A stretch of 63,962 bases of DNA, filler included, from Candidatus Woesearchaeota archaeon (GCA_964354405.1; 6 parts of 3 records of this genome joined end to end with filler, not necessarily neighbours in it), one strand, 5' to 3'; shown: positions 9,200 to 19,789, counted from the whole stretch's first letter. Translations and numbers: made by a program. The notes: a model not told the origin generated them from the letters alone.

Positions 9200-10444
9200 C
9201 TAATCCATAATATCAGCTTTTACAGGCGGTCTTGGCGCAAGAATTCTAGTTAATGTCACCGAGACAAATTCATTCCCGAAAACATTAAGATATCTTGAAA
9301 CAGAATAAAATCCCAATTTTCTAATGATTATGTGATAAAAATTAGTATAATGTTTGCCCTGAGAATCCTGAACATATTCTTCTACAATGCTTCTTGGGAT
9401 AATTCCATCTTGCCTAGTGATGAAATCCTTGCGATTGTTAAACATGTCAATTACAGTGACTTGCGCATTTTCAAGAGGATTTCCATTGATATCTTGAACA
9501 TAACCATCCATGTACCACTTAACATAAACAGTCCCATTAGTGACATTCACTTTATCTTTATTAAAAGAGACATTCAATAAAGTGTTATATACTTCTCCAT
9601 TTAATTCATCGCAAGAATAAACATCCCCTAACGAAGAATTGAATATTGTGTTGTCAACAAAAATATTGTTTTTGGATGAACTGATATAAACCCCATATTG
9701 CCCGCTTGAATCTATCTTATTTTCTAAAAGCGTGTTATTATCAGCATTATAAAACACTGTCAGTCCATACAACCAATTCCCACTTAAATCATTATTGGCA
9801 ACATAATTATTACTAGCGGATTGCAAAAGAATTCCTCCTTGCCGATTATTTTTTGCAGTATTATTAACAACAATTGTATTTTGTATTCCCTCTATTAAAA
9901 CTATTCCGTGTATGTGATTCCCTTCAGCAATATTATTAATAATTGAGTTATTATAAGAGCTCATGTCCAAACGCATTCCTGAAAACCAATTATAAGATAC
10001 ATTATTTCTTTCAACCAAAATCTCTGAAGAGGCTGTTGAAAGAATCCCTATCCGTCTATTGTTAAACACTGTATTATTGATTATCGCCCCGGTGGTTACA
10101 TGGTCTAGTAGAATTCCAGCATCCCAAAAATTGTCAATTTTACAGTTTTTTATTGTAATATTTTCGTTGAAAAGGCTCATGATGCCATAAAGATATGGGA
10201 ATGAAGTTTCTAGATGGATTGAATGTTGGTTACAGTCTACAAAAGTATTGTTGGTTATTATATGAAAGCAAGTTCCATTTGAAACAAGGTCTTCATTCAT
10301 CACACAGCTTTCATTGACAGAATCGCCGCAATGAAAATCATAATGTTCGCTAACACAGCCTGCTCTGGCAAAGCAAGCGAACAAGACAAACCCCAAGGCA
10401 AATGCCATTACAAATAAGAATATCATCCAAATTTTTTTATCCAT
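9200..10444 (-). CDS. secreted right-handed beta-helix (NosD/CASH-like) protein
   Basis: Repeated GIxL..sNN.I.NN units; signal peptide; C-terminal carboxypeptidase-regulatory-like segment (V.D.NGNPLENAQV). Confidence 0.85.
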   Translation of the reverse strand: MDKKIWMIFLFVMAFALGFVLFACFARAGCVSEHYDFHCGDSVNESCVMNEDLVSNGTCFHIITNNTFVDCNQHSIHLETSFPYLYGIMSLFNENITIKNCKIDNFWDAGILLDHVTTGAIINNTVFNNRRIGILSTASSEILVERNNVSYNWFSGMRLDMSSYNNSIINNIAEGNHIHGIVLIEGIQNTIVVNNTAKNNRQGGILLQSASNNYVANNDLSGNWLYGLTVFYNADNNTLLENKIDSSGQYGVYISSSKNNIFVDNTIFNSSLGDVYSCDELNGEVYNTLLNVSFNKDKVNVTNGTVYVKWYMDGYVQDINGNPLENAQVTVIDMFNNRKDFITRQDGIIPRSIVEEYVQDSQGKHYTNFYHIIIRKLGFYSVSRYLNVFGNEFVSVTLTRILAPRPPVKADIMD

Positions 10445-10536
10445 TATTATTTATCTCGCGCAGAATTTATAAATCTTGTCACTCGCAAGAGATATCTCAG
10501 GGAAATCTTTATAAGTCTTCTTAGCCTCTTGAATTT

Positions 10537-10949
10537 AGGTAGCTAGAATAGCTAACTGTCTGACACTAACACCCTGAAAAGGGCAATGTTCCGAACATGA
10601 AACATTGGTTTAGTGTTGGAGGAAGGTCCACACACCCCTCGCAATTCTCACAAAGAGATTTGCAGGAAGTAGCCAGTGTCGCGAGACACATGTTGAGAGA
10701 CATAGCTCTGGCACAGAAACGACACAGCTTTCGCTGAGTTATGAAGCATGCGCAGAACCGAGAAGCGAAAGATTTGATGAAACGCCGAGTTTGTTTACAA
10801 ACAAGGCGCGCCAAAATCGCAAGATTTTAAGCGCGGCTACCTTGGCTGGTGCAAGTTCATTCGTGAACGCTTAGTCAGATGTTGGCACAGTCCATTCTTC
10901 CCAATTAAGGAAGAGGACTGACAGAAAGTGGCCTATTTTCTAGCTACCT
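10537..10949 (+). ncRNA. rnpB: RNase P RNA (archaeal type)
   Basis: P1 AGGTAGCTAGAA/TTCTAGCTACCT; conserved blocks GAGGAAGGTCCAC, ACAGAAACG, GATGAAACG, GGTGCAAG, CGCTTAG, ACAGAAAGTGGCCTA; TATA at 10508; T-run after. Confidence 0.9.
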
Positions 10950-11019
10950 TTTTTATTATTCTCAAAAGTATATTTTCTTTAAGCTATATCTTTATATTTT
11001 AGTAATGTTCAATTAGGAA

Positions 11020-11541
11020 ATGAATTTTCACTTTGGCACACTGCAAGATGAAAAAGAACTAAAACAGCTCACAAAATTTCTGCTTTCTTATCCAATGAAC
11101 TATCCAAATTATGAAGAATGGGTTCGAGAGACTTGCATTCCAGAGCTTGCCATGCATTACAAAGAAACTATTCTCGCTTATGTCCGCGAGAATAAACAAG
11201 AACAATGGCAACTTGTTGGCAATGCCATTTTCCAGCCAGCCAAAGAATCACAGTTGCCTTCAACATTGCACTTTAAGAACATGCGAGTTGCCGAGAATTT
11301 CAGGCGCGAGGGTATTGCTTCATTCTTAGTCAAACAAGTCGAAAAAGCTGCATTAAAACAAGGTTTGCAATTGATTATTCTTGATTTGGGAGAAGAAAAA
11401 ACAGATGTTCTTGGCTTGTTGTTATGGCACGGCTACAGAGTTCTTTACAAAGCGCCCTTGTATGATAATCACAATCAAGATATTGTAATGATAAAATCAC
11501 TAACTAAACCAAAAGAAAGGGGGTTTTTGTATCGGGCTTGA
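11020..11541 (+). CDS. GNAT family N-acetyltransferase
   Basis: Motif A V.ENFRREGIASFL. Confidence 0.85.
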   Translation: MNFHFGTLQDEKELKQLTKFLLSYPMNYPNYEEWVRETCIPELAMHYKETILAYVRENKQEQWQLVGNAIFQPAKESQLPSTLHFKNMRVAENFRREGIASFLVKQVEKAALKQGLQLIILDLGEEKTDVLGLLLWHGYRVLYKAPLYDNHNQDIVMIKSLTKPKERGFLYRA

Positions 11542-11623
11542 AATGCTTAAAGAAACCTTTTTATATCCTCGAGAATTAGTTAGGATAACAGAATAGAAGG
11601 TAAACAAAACACAAAAAAAGAAA

Positions 11624-11779
11624 ATGGCAGCCCCACAATTGCGTGTTCCATCCTCAGGCGGGGGATTAGTTAGATACTTTGATGAATACAAGAGCAAGAT
11701 TCAGATCAAGCCCGAGTTTATCATACTTCTTATAATTCTCGTCGTTATATTTGAAATATTATTAAGAATATTAAAATAA
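11624..11779 (+). CDS. secG: preprotein translocase subunit Sec61beta (not in ORF track)
   Basis: 51 aa MAAPQLRVPSSGGGLVRYFDEYKSKIQIKPEFII...; PSSGGGLVRYF motif plus a C-terminal TM. Confidence 0.9.
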   Translation: MAAPQLRVPSSGGGLVRYFDEYKSKIQIKPEFIILLIILVVIFEILLRILK

Positions 11780-11818
11780 AATCAAAATAAAGACAAGATA
11801 GGGTAGGCAGGGGGCAAA

Positions 11819-12310
11819 ATGGAAACTAACACCACAACCAATACTATAGCTGAGCTTCTAACTCGGGCAGAGCGCTCTCTAAGAACAGCAGATCACATGG
11901 TTTACATAACTTATCCTTTAATCAAAGAAAATCTGCTTCTCAAGAAAATCTTGGAAGAGCTCAACATAAGCGCCACATCAACTATCCAAGCTGTTCTGAA
12001 CTATGAAGTCATGTATAAACGAATTGCCTTGCAAGAACCAAAAGCAAGCTGGCCAACATTCAAGGAAAAATGCGCCCCAAGATTCAATATTTCACAGCAA
12101 GAAATCCAGATTATATTCGAGCTTCTTTCTATTGCTGAAAAATATAAAAGCAGCGCCATGAATTTCATAAGAAAAGACAGACTCGTTATAATGAACGATA
12201 ACTTAAGGACAGAAACTGTCAACTTGGAACAATTGAAGAAATATCTCGGCTCTGTCAAAGTGCTTTTGCTCAAGACAAAGGCAAAAATACAGCAGGAACG
12301 CGTGTCATAA
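11819..12310 (+). CDS. hypothetical protein, possibly degenerate HEPN-like helical fold
   Basis: Helical ORF with A..SL..ADH N-terminal pattern; fold is inferred. Confidence 0.6.
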   Translation: METNTTTNTIAELLTRAERSLRTADHMVYITYPLIKENLLLKKILEELNISATSTIQAVLNYEVMYKRIALQEPKASWPTFKEKCAPRFNISQQEIQIIFELLSIAEKYKSSAMNFIRKDRLVIMNDNLRTETVNLEQLKKYLGSVKVLLLKTKAKIQQERVS

Positions 12311-12482
12311 AGCTTACAAAGCCCATATTAAAAACATAAAAACAGCTCATTTCGTAATTCTTTTGTGGTAACACAAAATCGTAAGGTATAAATAATATCT
12401 TGTCGTCGGTATATTTTGCGCGAAAAATCACAAAAAAAATAGACTAAACTAAAGACAACAAAAGAGGCTTTTTAAGAGATTT

Positions 12483-12926
12483 ATGTGGAACGAGATAGAG
12501 CAAGAGAAAAGAATCGCCGAGCACTTATTTTATGTAAGTTTAAAATACGCGAAGACAGCTGATGTCATTCTCAACTTGTTAACTCGATGGGAAAGCATGA
12601 TAGACAAGTGCATGGAGCTTATGCTGAAAAAAGCCAAGAAAAGCAAGGAGATTAAAGACATCCCAACAGCCCCAAAGGCCCGAGAACTAGTCATTCGCGA
12701 AGTTTACGGGGAAGACATTGTGCAAAAAGTCATGGATCTTTATTCTTTATTCAGAAAACTCCCTGATTTAGAGAAAGTCCGCGAACATGAATTCAGAAAA
12801 AATGTCGCCCTAAGAATCACCACAGTCGGCAGAGAAATCGAGATAAACATGGACAAGCTCAAGGAATGGAACCTGTTATTAGAAAATTTTATAATCTATG
12901 TAAGACACATAGAAGGTAAGAAATAA
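12483..12926 (+). CDS. hypothetical protein, probable distant paralog of 11819..12310
   Basis: EKRIAEHLFYVS vs SLRTADHMVYIT; EFRKNVALRI vs NFIRKDRLVI. Confidence 0.6.
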   Translation: MWNEIEQEKRIAEHLFYVSLKYAKTADVILNLLTRWESMIDKCMELMLKKAKKSKEIKDIPTAPKARELVIREVYGEDIVQKVMDLYSLFRKLPDLEKVREHEFRKNVALRITTVGREIEINMDKLKEWNLLLENFIIYVRHIEGKK

Positions 12927-13052
12927 AGCAAGTAAGTCAAAGAGGATAAAAAGGATAAGCAAGGAAAAACCCAAAAATCAAGGCTTATCATAAAAAAAGC
13001 ATGACAAGCGCAATTAAATGAGGAATTATAAAATCTTGAACTTAACAAAAAA

Positions 13053-13823
13053 ATGGCTAAAACTATTGTTATAGGCTCGGGCAAGGGGGGAGTTGGCAAA
13101 ACAGTCACAGCAATTAATCTCGCAATTGCTTTAAATTCTTTAGGAAAAAGTGTCGTTGTTGTTGATAGCAACTTGACAACACCTAATGTCGCGCTTCATT
13201 TGGGCTCGCCAGTAGTTCCAATCACTTTGAATCATGTTCTACAGGGCAAAAAACATATTTACAATGCAACATACACCCATCATTCTGGAACAAAAGTCGT
13301 TCCTGCATCATTATCAATAGAAGCACTGCGGGGGATAAAGCCACAAAGGTTCAATGGTGCGCTGAAACAATTGAAAAAAATTGCTGATTTCATAATAGTA
13401 GACTCAGCAGCAGGATTAGGCCACGAAGCCCTCCTCCCTATAGGCGCATTAGACAAAGACGATGAATTGATTGTTGTAACAAATCCAGAAATGCCAGCTG
13501 TTGCAGATGCCCTCAAGACAATCAAGCTCGCTGAAAAAATGCAAAAGAATGTTTCAGGAGTCATAGTCACAAGAACTCAAAACAAGCGAGAACTCTCGAC
13601 AAAAAACATCCGCGAGATGTTAGAAAAACCCATAATTGCCCGCGTTCCCGAAGATATTGCAGTCAGAGACAGCATCATGGAGAGAAATCCCCTCGTGCTA
13701 GCCAGCCCCAACAGCAGAGCAGCAAAGAGTTACATGAGACTTGCCGCAAAAATAGCGAATGTCGAATATCGCGACACAAGCTCGCTATGGAGCAAGCTCT
13801 TCGGCTGGATGGTCACAAAGTAA
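13053..13823 (+). CDS. minD: MinD/ParA family ATPase
   Basis: Deviant Walker A GKGGVGKT, VTNPE, C-terminal amphipathic helix LWSKLFG. Confidence 0.9.
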   Translation: MAKTIVIGSGKGGVGKTVTAINLAIALNSLGKSVVVVDSNLTTPNVALHLGSPVVPITLNHVLQGKKHIYNATYTHHSGTKVVPASLSIEALRGIKPQRFNGALKQLKKIADFIIVDSAAGLGHEALLPIGALDKDDELIVVTNPEMPAVADALKTIKLAEKMQKNVSGVIVTRTQNKRELSTKNIREMLEKPIIARVPEDIAVRDSIMERNPLVLASPNSRAAKSYMRLAAKIANVEYRDTSSLWSKLFGWMVTK

Positions 13824-13957
13824 TATTTTTAAACGCCCTTTCTTTAGTATATTTATGGAAAAGCAAAATCGGAGGTTAGTTCATTGTTAGGACTTTACCT
13901 AGTTGCTACCCTATTTCTCAAAAGATTTTTAATGCCACAGGAATTAAATATAAATAT

Positions 13958-14030
13958 GGCGGTTGTCGTATAACGGTTAGTATACTCGGCTGTGGCCCGT
14001 GTGGAGTGGGTCCGACTCCCACCTTCCGCC
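13958..14030 (+). tRNA. tRNA-His(GTG) with encoded G-1
   Basis: CT-GTG-GC anticodon loop, G-1:C73, GTGGG/CCCAC T-stem; several U-U mismatches. Confidence 0.85.
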
Positions 14031-14050
14031 CTTTTAAAAATTGGTGAAAA

Positions 14051-14470
14051 ATGGAGACAGTAAAGAAGAATATATTATTTGTATGCAGATATAATAGATT
14101 TAGAAGCAGAGTAGCTGAGGTCTATTTTAATAAGATAAACAAAAATAAAAATATTAAAGCTAAAAGTGCAGGCCTTATTAAAGGGTCTCCTTTAAATCCA
14201 AAAACAATTAAAATAGCAGAAGAACTTGGGTTGAATATAAATGGAAGAGTTCAAGGATTAAGCTCAAAATTAATGACTTGGCAAAATATAACTGTGATTA
14301 TTGCTGATGATGTTCCTGAAGCAGTATTTAACAAAAATAAAAAATATAATAAAAAAGTAATTAACTGGAAAATTAGGGATGCTAAATATGAGACAAAAGC
14401 CGAAATTAAAAGATTAATTAAAAAGATTATGAAGAAAGTTGACAATTTAAATAAAGATTTGGAAAAATAA
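14051..14470 (+). CDS. low-molecular-weight phosphatase / arsenate reductase family protein
   Basis: ILFVCRYNRFRS (Cx5R) P-loop, SAG motif. Confidence 0.85.
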   Translation: METVKKNILFVCRYNRFRSRVAEVYFNKINKNKNIKAKSAGLIKGSPLNPKTIKIAEELGLNINGRVQGLSSKLMTWQNITVIIADDVPEAVFNKNKKYNKKVINWKIRDAKYETKAEIKRLIKKIMKKVDNLNKDLEK

Positions 14471-14471
14471 A

Positions 14472-15633
14472 ATGACAAATGAAACAGGAACTGTTAAGGG
14501 TTTCAAGGATATCTCGGGCGAAGAGGCTTTGAAAAGAGAAAAAATAAAAAGTATTCTCTTAAAAAAATTCAAGGCATATGGTTTCAACCCAGCAGAAACT
14601 CCGATTATAGAATATGAAGAGTTTGTCAAGCAAGACAAAGCTCAAGACGAAGCCGTCAGCGACATTTTCAAGCTCAAAGACAGAGGAGAAAGAAACTTGG
14701 CATTGAGATATGAATTTACATTCCAACTCAAAAGAATCGCACAAAATCAGAAACTTCCATTTAGAAGATATCAAATCGGAGAGGTTTTCCGCGATGAGCC
14801 AGTCTCAAGCAATCGATTCCGCGAATTCACGCAGTGCGATATCGATGTTATAGGCTCCGATATCAGAGACGAAGCAGAAGTTCTCAAGTTAGTCTCAGAA
14901 ATCCTCAAAGAATTGAAAATTGACGCAACAATTTACATCAATAACAGAAAACTCTTGAATGAAATCTTAGATGAGCAGAAAGTAAACTCTCCAGACAAAA
15001 TAAAAGTCATCAAGGAGATTGACAAGTTAGACAAACTCAGCGAATCAGAAGTCAGAGCAAACTTGAAAAAATACAAAGCTGAAAAAATCCTCGCGATTTT
15101 CAAGAAGCCCGAATCATATTTTAAGAGATACAGCGCGTTCAAAGAAATCCAGGAGCTCGAAAGTTATTGCAAAGCTTATGGAGTCAAAGTCAAGTTTAAA
15201 GTCTCACTTGCAAGAGGCCTGACATATTACAATGGAAGTGTTTTCGAAATAAAATCAAACAAAATGAAAGAAACAATCATAGGCGGCGGAAGTTATCTTG
15301 TGAACAAAATAAAAAGCACTGGCTTGAGTTTCGGATTGGAAAGGCTTTCAGCACTCGCCCAAATCATTCCTGACAAAATTAAAGCAATTATAATTCCAAT
15401 CAAGCAGGAAAAAAAGGCAATTGCTTTGGCAGAATCTCTCAGAAACAAAAGCATTTCGTGTTTCATCATGGACAAACTTTTCAAGGCTCTTGATTATGCC
15501 AACTCCCAAGGCATTCCTTTTGTGATTTTCATCGGAGAAAAAGAGATAAAAAGCAAAAAGTTCAAGCTGCGTGACATGAAAACAGGCAAAGAAGCTCTTT
15601 TAGTAGAAAGCGCGCTCGTAAAGAAACTTACAA
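14472..15633 (+). CDS. hisS: histidyl-tRNA synthetase (3' end cut by contig break)
   Basis: VKGFKD, LALRYEFT, FRDE..RFREFTQCD, LARGLTYY, GGGSY, FGLER. Confidence 0.95.
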
Positions 15634-15733
15634 NNNNNNNNNNNNNNNNNNNNNNNNNNNNNNNNNNNNNNNNNNNNTTAATTAATTAANNNNNNNNNNN
15701 NNNNNNNNNNNNNNNNNNNNNNNNNNNNNNNNN
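15634..15733. other. artificial contig linker
   Basis: N-run/TTAATTAATTAA/N-run with stops in six frames. Confidence 0.99.
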
Positions 15734-15955
15734 AAGCAAATTCTTGCCAAGGAAACTTGTCTTTTAGCAACTCAGGCAAGTTCAGGAACAACAATCATGA
15801 TTGAACATGCCAAATCATTTACAATTGAAACCCAAAATGGCGCGATCATAGTAAAAGACAGCCAATTCGACAGAGGCTATGAATATCCTTGCTACATCCA
15901 GAATAATGTTCAAATCTCAAGAAAAGATAATATCACAATAATAGAAATAAGATGA
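15734..15955 (+). CDS. 5'-truncated hypothetical protein, likely part of the pilin-like cluster
   Basis: Open frame KQILAKETCLL...IIEIR*, stop overlaps the next ATG. Confidence 0.6.
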   Translation, partial: KQILAKETCLLATQASSGTTIMIEHAKSFTIETQNGAIIVKDSQFDRGYEYPCYIQNNVQISRKDNITIIEIR

Positions 15956-16431
15956 AAATGATAAAAAAAAGAGCAAAGCAAGCGCAATTGGGCCATGGAA
16001 TAACATGGTTATGGAAGTTTATACTTCTCACTATAGTTCTTGGAGGCATTATAGCTATAGTGGCTTCTCATTATTCAAAACAGTTTGATGTCCGCGATGC
16101 AGAAGCCGCCATAATCTCAAGAAAACTTGCCGAATGTCTCGCATCGCAAGGAATTTTGAACAACGAGCCAACAGTAGAAAATATCAAAGCATGCATCCCA
16201 ATAAATGAAGACGAGTTATATCTAAATGTAAGCATAGATAACAAAGCAGTAGAATTGGGAGATATGTTCTTACTGACATTGTGCCAGGCAAAAGAACAGA
16301 AAGTCAAGATAAAATATTCTATAGCTTGCCTTGATTCGAAATATTATATTTTAAAGAGAAATCAGGATAAATTAGAGAGTTCAACTCTTACAATCAATGT
16401 TGCAGTAAAGAAAGTTGAAAAAAATCTGTAA
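15952..16431 (+). CDS. type IV pilin-like protein (class III signal peptide)
   Basis: KKRAKQA/QLG followed by a hydrophobic helix. Confidence 0.7.
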   Translation: MKMIKKRAKQAQLGHGITWLWKFILLTIVLGGIIAIVASHYSKQFDVRDAEAAIISRKLAECLASQGILNNEPTVENIKACIPINEDELYLNVSIDNKAVELGDMFLLTLCQAKEQKVKIKYSIACLDSKYYILKRNQDKLESSTLTINVAVKKVEKNL

Positions 16432-16437
16432 AATAAA

Positions 16438-16869
16438 ATGATAAAAAGAAAAAATAAAAAAGCCCAAGTAGGCGAATCTCTCCAGGATATTGTTGGAATT
16501 GTGATTATACTTACTTTATTGATAATCTTTTTTGTAATATCAAAAGCTTTATGGAATAATCCCACAGTTCAAACGCAAAACTTTATAAAAGATATAGCAA
16601 AGGAAAATCAAGAAGTTCTTTCAGTTCAGGCATGGCTTCAGAAATCAGTTACCATTGCTTATGATAATCAAGAGCAGACAATGAGCATCGCGGAACTTGC
16701 AAAGCTCTCAAAAATAAATCCATTATACAAAACAATTCTAGAAGACGAGGCAAGCAAAGCCTTCGGCGCAGATTACAAAATTATTTTCAACCAAGCTCAA
16801 GCAGAAGGCTCGACATTTTACATTCCATCAAATGAAACTCTCACAATCACAATACAAAAACAGGGTTAA
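16438..16869 (+). CDS. type IV pilin-like protein
   Basis: KNKKA/QVGE followed by a hydrophobic helix. Confidence 0.7.
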   Translation: MIKRKNKKAQVGESLQDIVGIVIILTLLIIFFVISKALWNNPTVQTQNFIKDIAKENQEVLSVQAWLQKSVTIAYDNQEQTMSIAELAKLSKINPLYKTILEDEASKAFGADYKIIFNQAQAEGSTFYIPSNETLTITIQKQG

Positions 16870-16881
16870 AATAAAAGCAAA

Positions 16882-17682
16882 ATGAACAAACATAATCAAA
16901 ATAAAAAAGCAGGCATATTCGCAGCGGGCATGATTCTTGCAGTGATTATTTTTATGGCAGCTGCATGGTTTGCATTCAACACAACAAACAATAAAATTAA
17001 GGTTGAAATCCAAACTTTATCAATTTTGAACAATTTTAATAATGAGCAAGTCAAATTCACATTCTACGCACATGAATCTCAGAAGCTCGCGGCTTCACAG
17101 GGATTCTATGAACTTGCCAAGGAAGCTGCAATAGACCCCCTAAGCGATTCATGTTACATAAAAGAAAACTATTTCATATGGAGCGAGCACTGCCATCCTC
17201 AGACAGACCAAGTAAATCGGCTTTTCCTGAACAAATACAATCAAACATTCAGCAGATTAATAAAAGATTATCCAAACAAGAATATAAGTGCAGATTTTGC
17301 TAATATTTTAGAAGGCGATAAGCTGACTTCAACCTCGCTGCCAATAATTCTTGAAGAAAAGAAAAAAGCAACATTCGCAACTTACACAATAATTAAAGAT
17401 ATTGCGCCCAAACCCCCGCTTCAAACAGATTTGGTGGGAGAAAAGATATACTTGGACAATTTTGAGAACATTTATTCACAGATTTTATCAAGAAAAAGTT
17501 CCTGCACAACAATAAATGAAGATTGTTTCAAATCGCTTGGCGTGGCCCACTGGAATGATAAAGTAGAAGATAAAGGAGCTTACTTGCTTTTCACTCTCAC
17601 AACTAAAGAAATTCACTTTTTCCAGGAAAATAATAATATAGTTTACAAACCCATAGTTCTAAACTTTGTCATAGAGAAGTAA
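16882..17682 (+). CDS. type IV pilin-like protein
   Basis: NKKA/GIF followed by a hydrophobic helix. Confidence 0.65.
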   Translation: MNKHNQNKKAGIFAAGMILAVIIFMAAAWFAFNTTNNKIKVEIQTLSILNNFNNEQVKFTFYAHESQKLAASQGFYELAKEAAIDPLSDSCYIKENYFIWSEHCHPQTDQVNRLFLNKYNQTFSRLIKDYPNKNISADFANILEGDKLTSTSLPIILEEKKKATFATYTIIKDIAPKPPLQTDLVGEKIYLDNFENIYSQILSRKSSCTTINEDCFKSLGVAHWNDKVEDKGAYLLFTLTTKEIHFFQENNNIVYKPIVLNFVIEK

Positions 17683-17750
17683 AAAACCATAACAAAAAAT
17701 AACTGATTGATTGCATAAAACTTTAAAAATTCACAAGTTCTGTAAAAACC

Positions 17751-18722
17751 ATGATTCAAGCGACTTATCAACAATTGATAGAAAGAATTTCTAGATTAAG
17801 CGGTTTAGAGCTCGCAGAAATCCAAAGAAAAGTCGAGGCGAAGAAAGCAAAGCTATCTGGATTGATAAGCGATGAGGGCGCAGCCCAAGTCATCGCAGCT
17901 GAGCTAGGAATCTCATTTGACAAGCAAAAATTCAAGATAATTGACTTGTTAATAGGAATGAAAAAAGTACAGGTTATAGGAAAAGTTATAGATGTTTATC
18001 CAGTAAGAAAATACAAGCGGGCAGAACATGAAGGGGAGATAGGCTCGATGCTAATCGCGGATGAAACATCAGCTGTCCGAGTTGTGTTATGGGACACTAA
18101 CCACATCGAACTTATAAAAAATAATACAATCAAGAAAGACAGTATCATAGAGATAAAAAATGCAGATGTTCGCGGCACAACCGTAAGAGAAATCCATCTC
18201 AATTCGACATCAGAACTCGCACTCAGCGATGTCAAGATTGAAAAAGTCAAGGTAGAGTTAGAAAAACCAATGATGGCAAAACTCTCTGAACTCAAAACAG
18301 GCGACCAAGCAAGTGTCCGCGGCAACATAGTCCAATTATTCCAGCCAGGGTTCTTTTCAGTCTGCCCCGAGTGTAACATGAAAATCTCATTCGAAGGAGA
18401 CAAAGCAGTATGTGTTAGACACGGCGCGATTATCCCAAGCAAGCGCGCTATCTTGAATATAGTGATAGATGATGGCACAGACAACATAAGAGCAATGGCA
18501 TTCAGCGAGAATATCGCAAGGCTTTTGAAAATTCAGGATAACGAAGTTCTAAACCTTGAAAATCCGCAGTTTTTCCTAGGCAAGAAAGCCGAGCTCCTTG
18601 GAACTGAATGGATTTTTTCCGGCAGAGCTAGAAAAAACATCTTGTTCAACCGCAACGAATTTGTTATCAACTCTTTACAAGAATCCATTCCTGAAGAAAT
18701 AATAAAAGAGTTGAGCAAATAA
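17751..18722 (+). CDS. rpa: replication protein A (OB folds, Zn finger)
   Basis: DETSAVRVVLW and DDGTDNIR OB motifs, CPEC...C..H; upstream of radA. Confidence 0.85.
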   Translation: MIQATYQQLIERISRLSGLELAEIQRKVEAKKAKLSGLISDEGAAQVIAAELGISFDKQKFKIIDLLIGMKKVQVIGKVIDVYPVRKYKRAEHEGEIGSMLIADETSAVRVVLWDTNHIELIKNNTIKKDSIIEIKNADVRGTTVREIHLNSTSELALSDVKIEKVKVELEKPMMAKLSELKTGDQASVRGNIVQLFQPGFFSVCPECNMKISFEGDKAVCVRHGAIIPSKRAILNIVIDDGTDNIRAMAFSENIARLLKIQDNEVLNLENPQFFLGKKAELLGTEWIFSGRARKNILFNRNEFVINSLQESIPEEIIKELSK

Positions 18723-18796
18723 AGCAGTTCTTAACAATTCTAAAGCATATATCATTTTAGAATAATCTTTATAAAACTATAAGCTCTCATAAAAGC

Positions 18797-19783
18797 ATGG
18801 CTAAGGAAAAAAAAGGCGAGGATAAATCTATGGGCGAGTTGAAGCTTACTGATTTGCCTGGAATTGGGCAGACAACAGCTTCAAAACTCGAGGAAGCAGG
18901 ATATGGTGACCTGATGGCAATCGCAGTCATGACTCCATCTGACTTGGGCGCACTCGCAGACTTGGGAGATACTGTCGCAAGAAAAGCAATTCTTGCAGCG
19001 CGAAAGATGCTACATTTGGAGTTCGAAGACGCAACAGAATACATGAAAAAGCGTGAGCAAGTCTTCAAAATCAGTACAGGTTCAAATAATATTAACGCAT
19101 TGCTAGGAGGGGGAGTTGAAACAGGCGCGATAACAGAAGCTGCAGGCGCATTTGGGTGTGGTAAAACTCAACTCGGACACTGTCTCGCAATAAATGTCCA
19201 GTTTCCGAGAGAACAAGGCGGAGCAGACGGTAAGGCAGTTTACATTGACACAGAAAGCACATTCAGACCAGAAAGAATCAAACAGATTGCTCTAGCGAAG
19301 GGCTTAGATCCTGAAAAAATTCTCAAGAATATTTTTGTAGCGCGAGCATTCAACGCAGATCATCAGATTTTGCTCGTTGATAAAGTCACAGATCTCATCA
19401 AAAACGGCGAGCCAATCAAGCTTATAATAGTGGATTCATTAATGGCTCACTTCAGAGCAGAGTTTGCTGGCAGAGGAATGCTCGCAGACAGGCAGCAGAA
19501 ACTCAACAAGCATCTTCACAACTTAATGAGACTTGCAGAAGCTCACAGCCTCGCGGTATACGTAACAAACCAGGTGATGGCAAATCCCGCGATTATGTTC
19601 GGCGATCCTACAACTCCGATAGGCGGGCATATATTGGGCCATGCTTCAACATATCGACTATATTTAAGAAAAGGCAGGAAAGATTCTCGCGTAGCAAAGC
19701 TGATTGATGCGCCAAACTTGCCAGAGTCTGAGACAATTTTCTTCATCACAGCAAAGGGAATAGAGGATGGAGAGATAAAATAA
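18797..19783 (+). CDS. radA: DNA repair and recombination protein RadA
   Basis: HhH N-domain, [34 protein letters not shown]. Confidence 0.97.
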   Translation: MAKEKKGEDKSMGELKLTDLPGIGQTTASKLEEAGYGDLMAIAVMTPSDLGALADLGDTVARKAILAARKMLHLEFEDATEYMKKREQVFKISTGSNNINALLGGGVETGAITEAAGAFGCGKTQLGHCLAINVQFPREQGGADGKAVYIDTESTFRPERIKQIALAKGLDPEKILKNIFVARAFNADHQILLVDKVTDLIKNGEPIKLIIVDSLMAHFRAEFAGRGMLADRQQKLNKHLHNLMRLAEAHSLAVYVTNQVMANPAIMFGDPTTPIGGHILGHASTYRLYLRKGRKDSRVAKLIDAPNLPESETIFFITAKGIEDGEIK

Positions 19784-19789
19784 ATACAA

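Noticed and set aside
3756..10536. Surface-protein block as an island integrated at tRNA-Ser
   Set aside because: No integrase and no duplicated tRNA 3' end found.
10566..10814. 82-aa minus-strand ORF
   Set aside because: Antisense to RNase P RNA.
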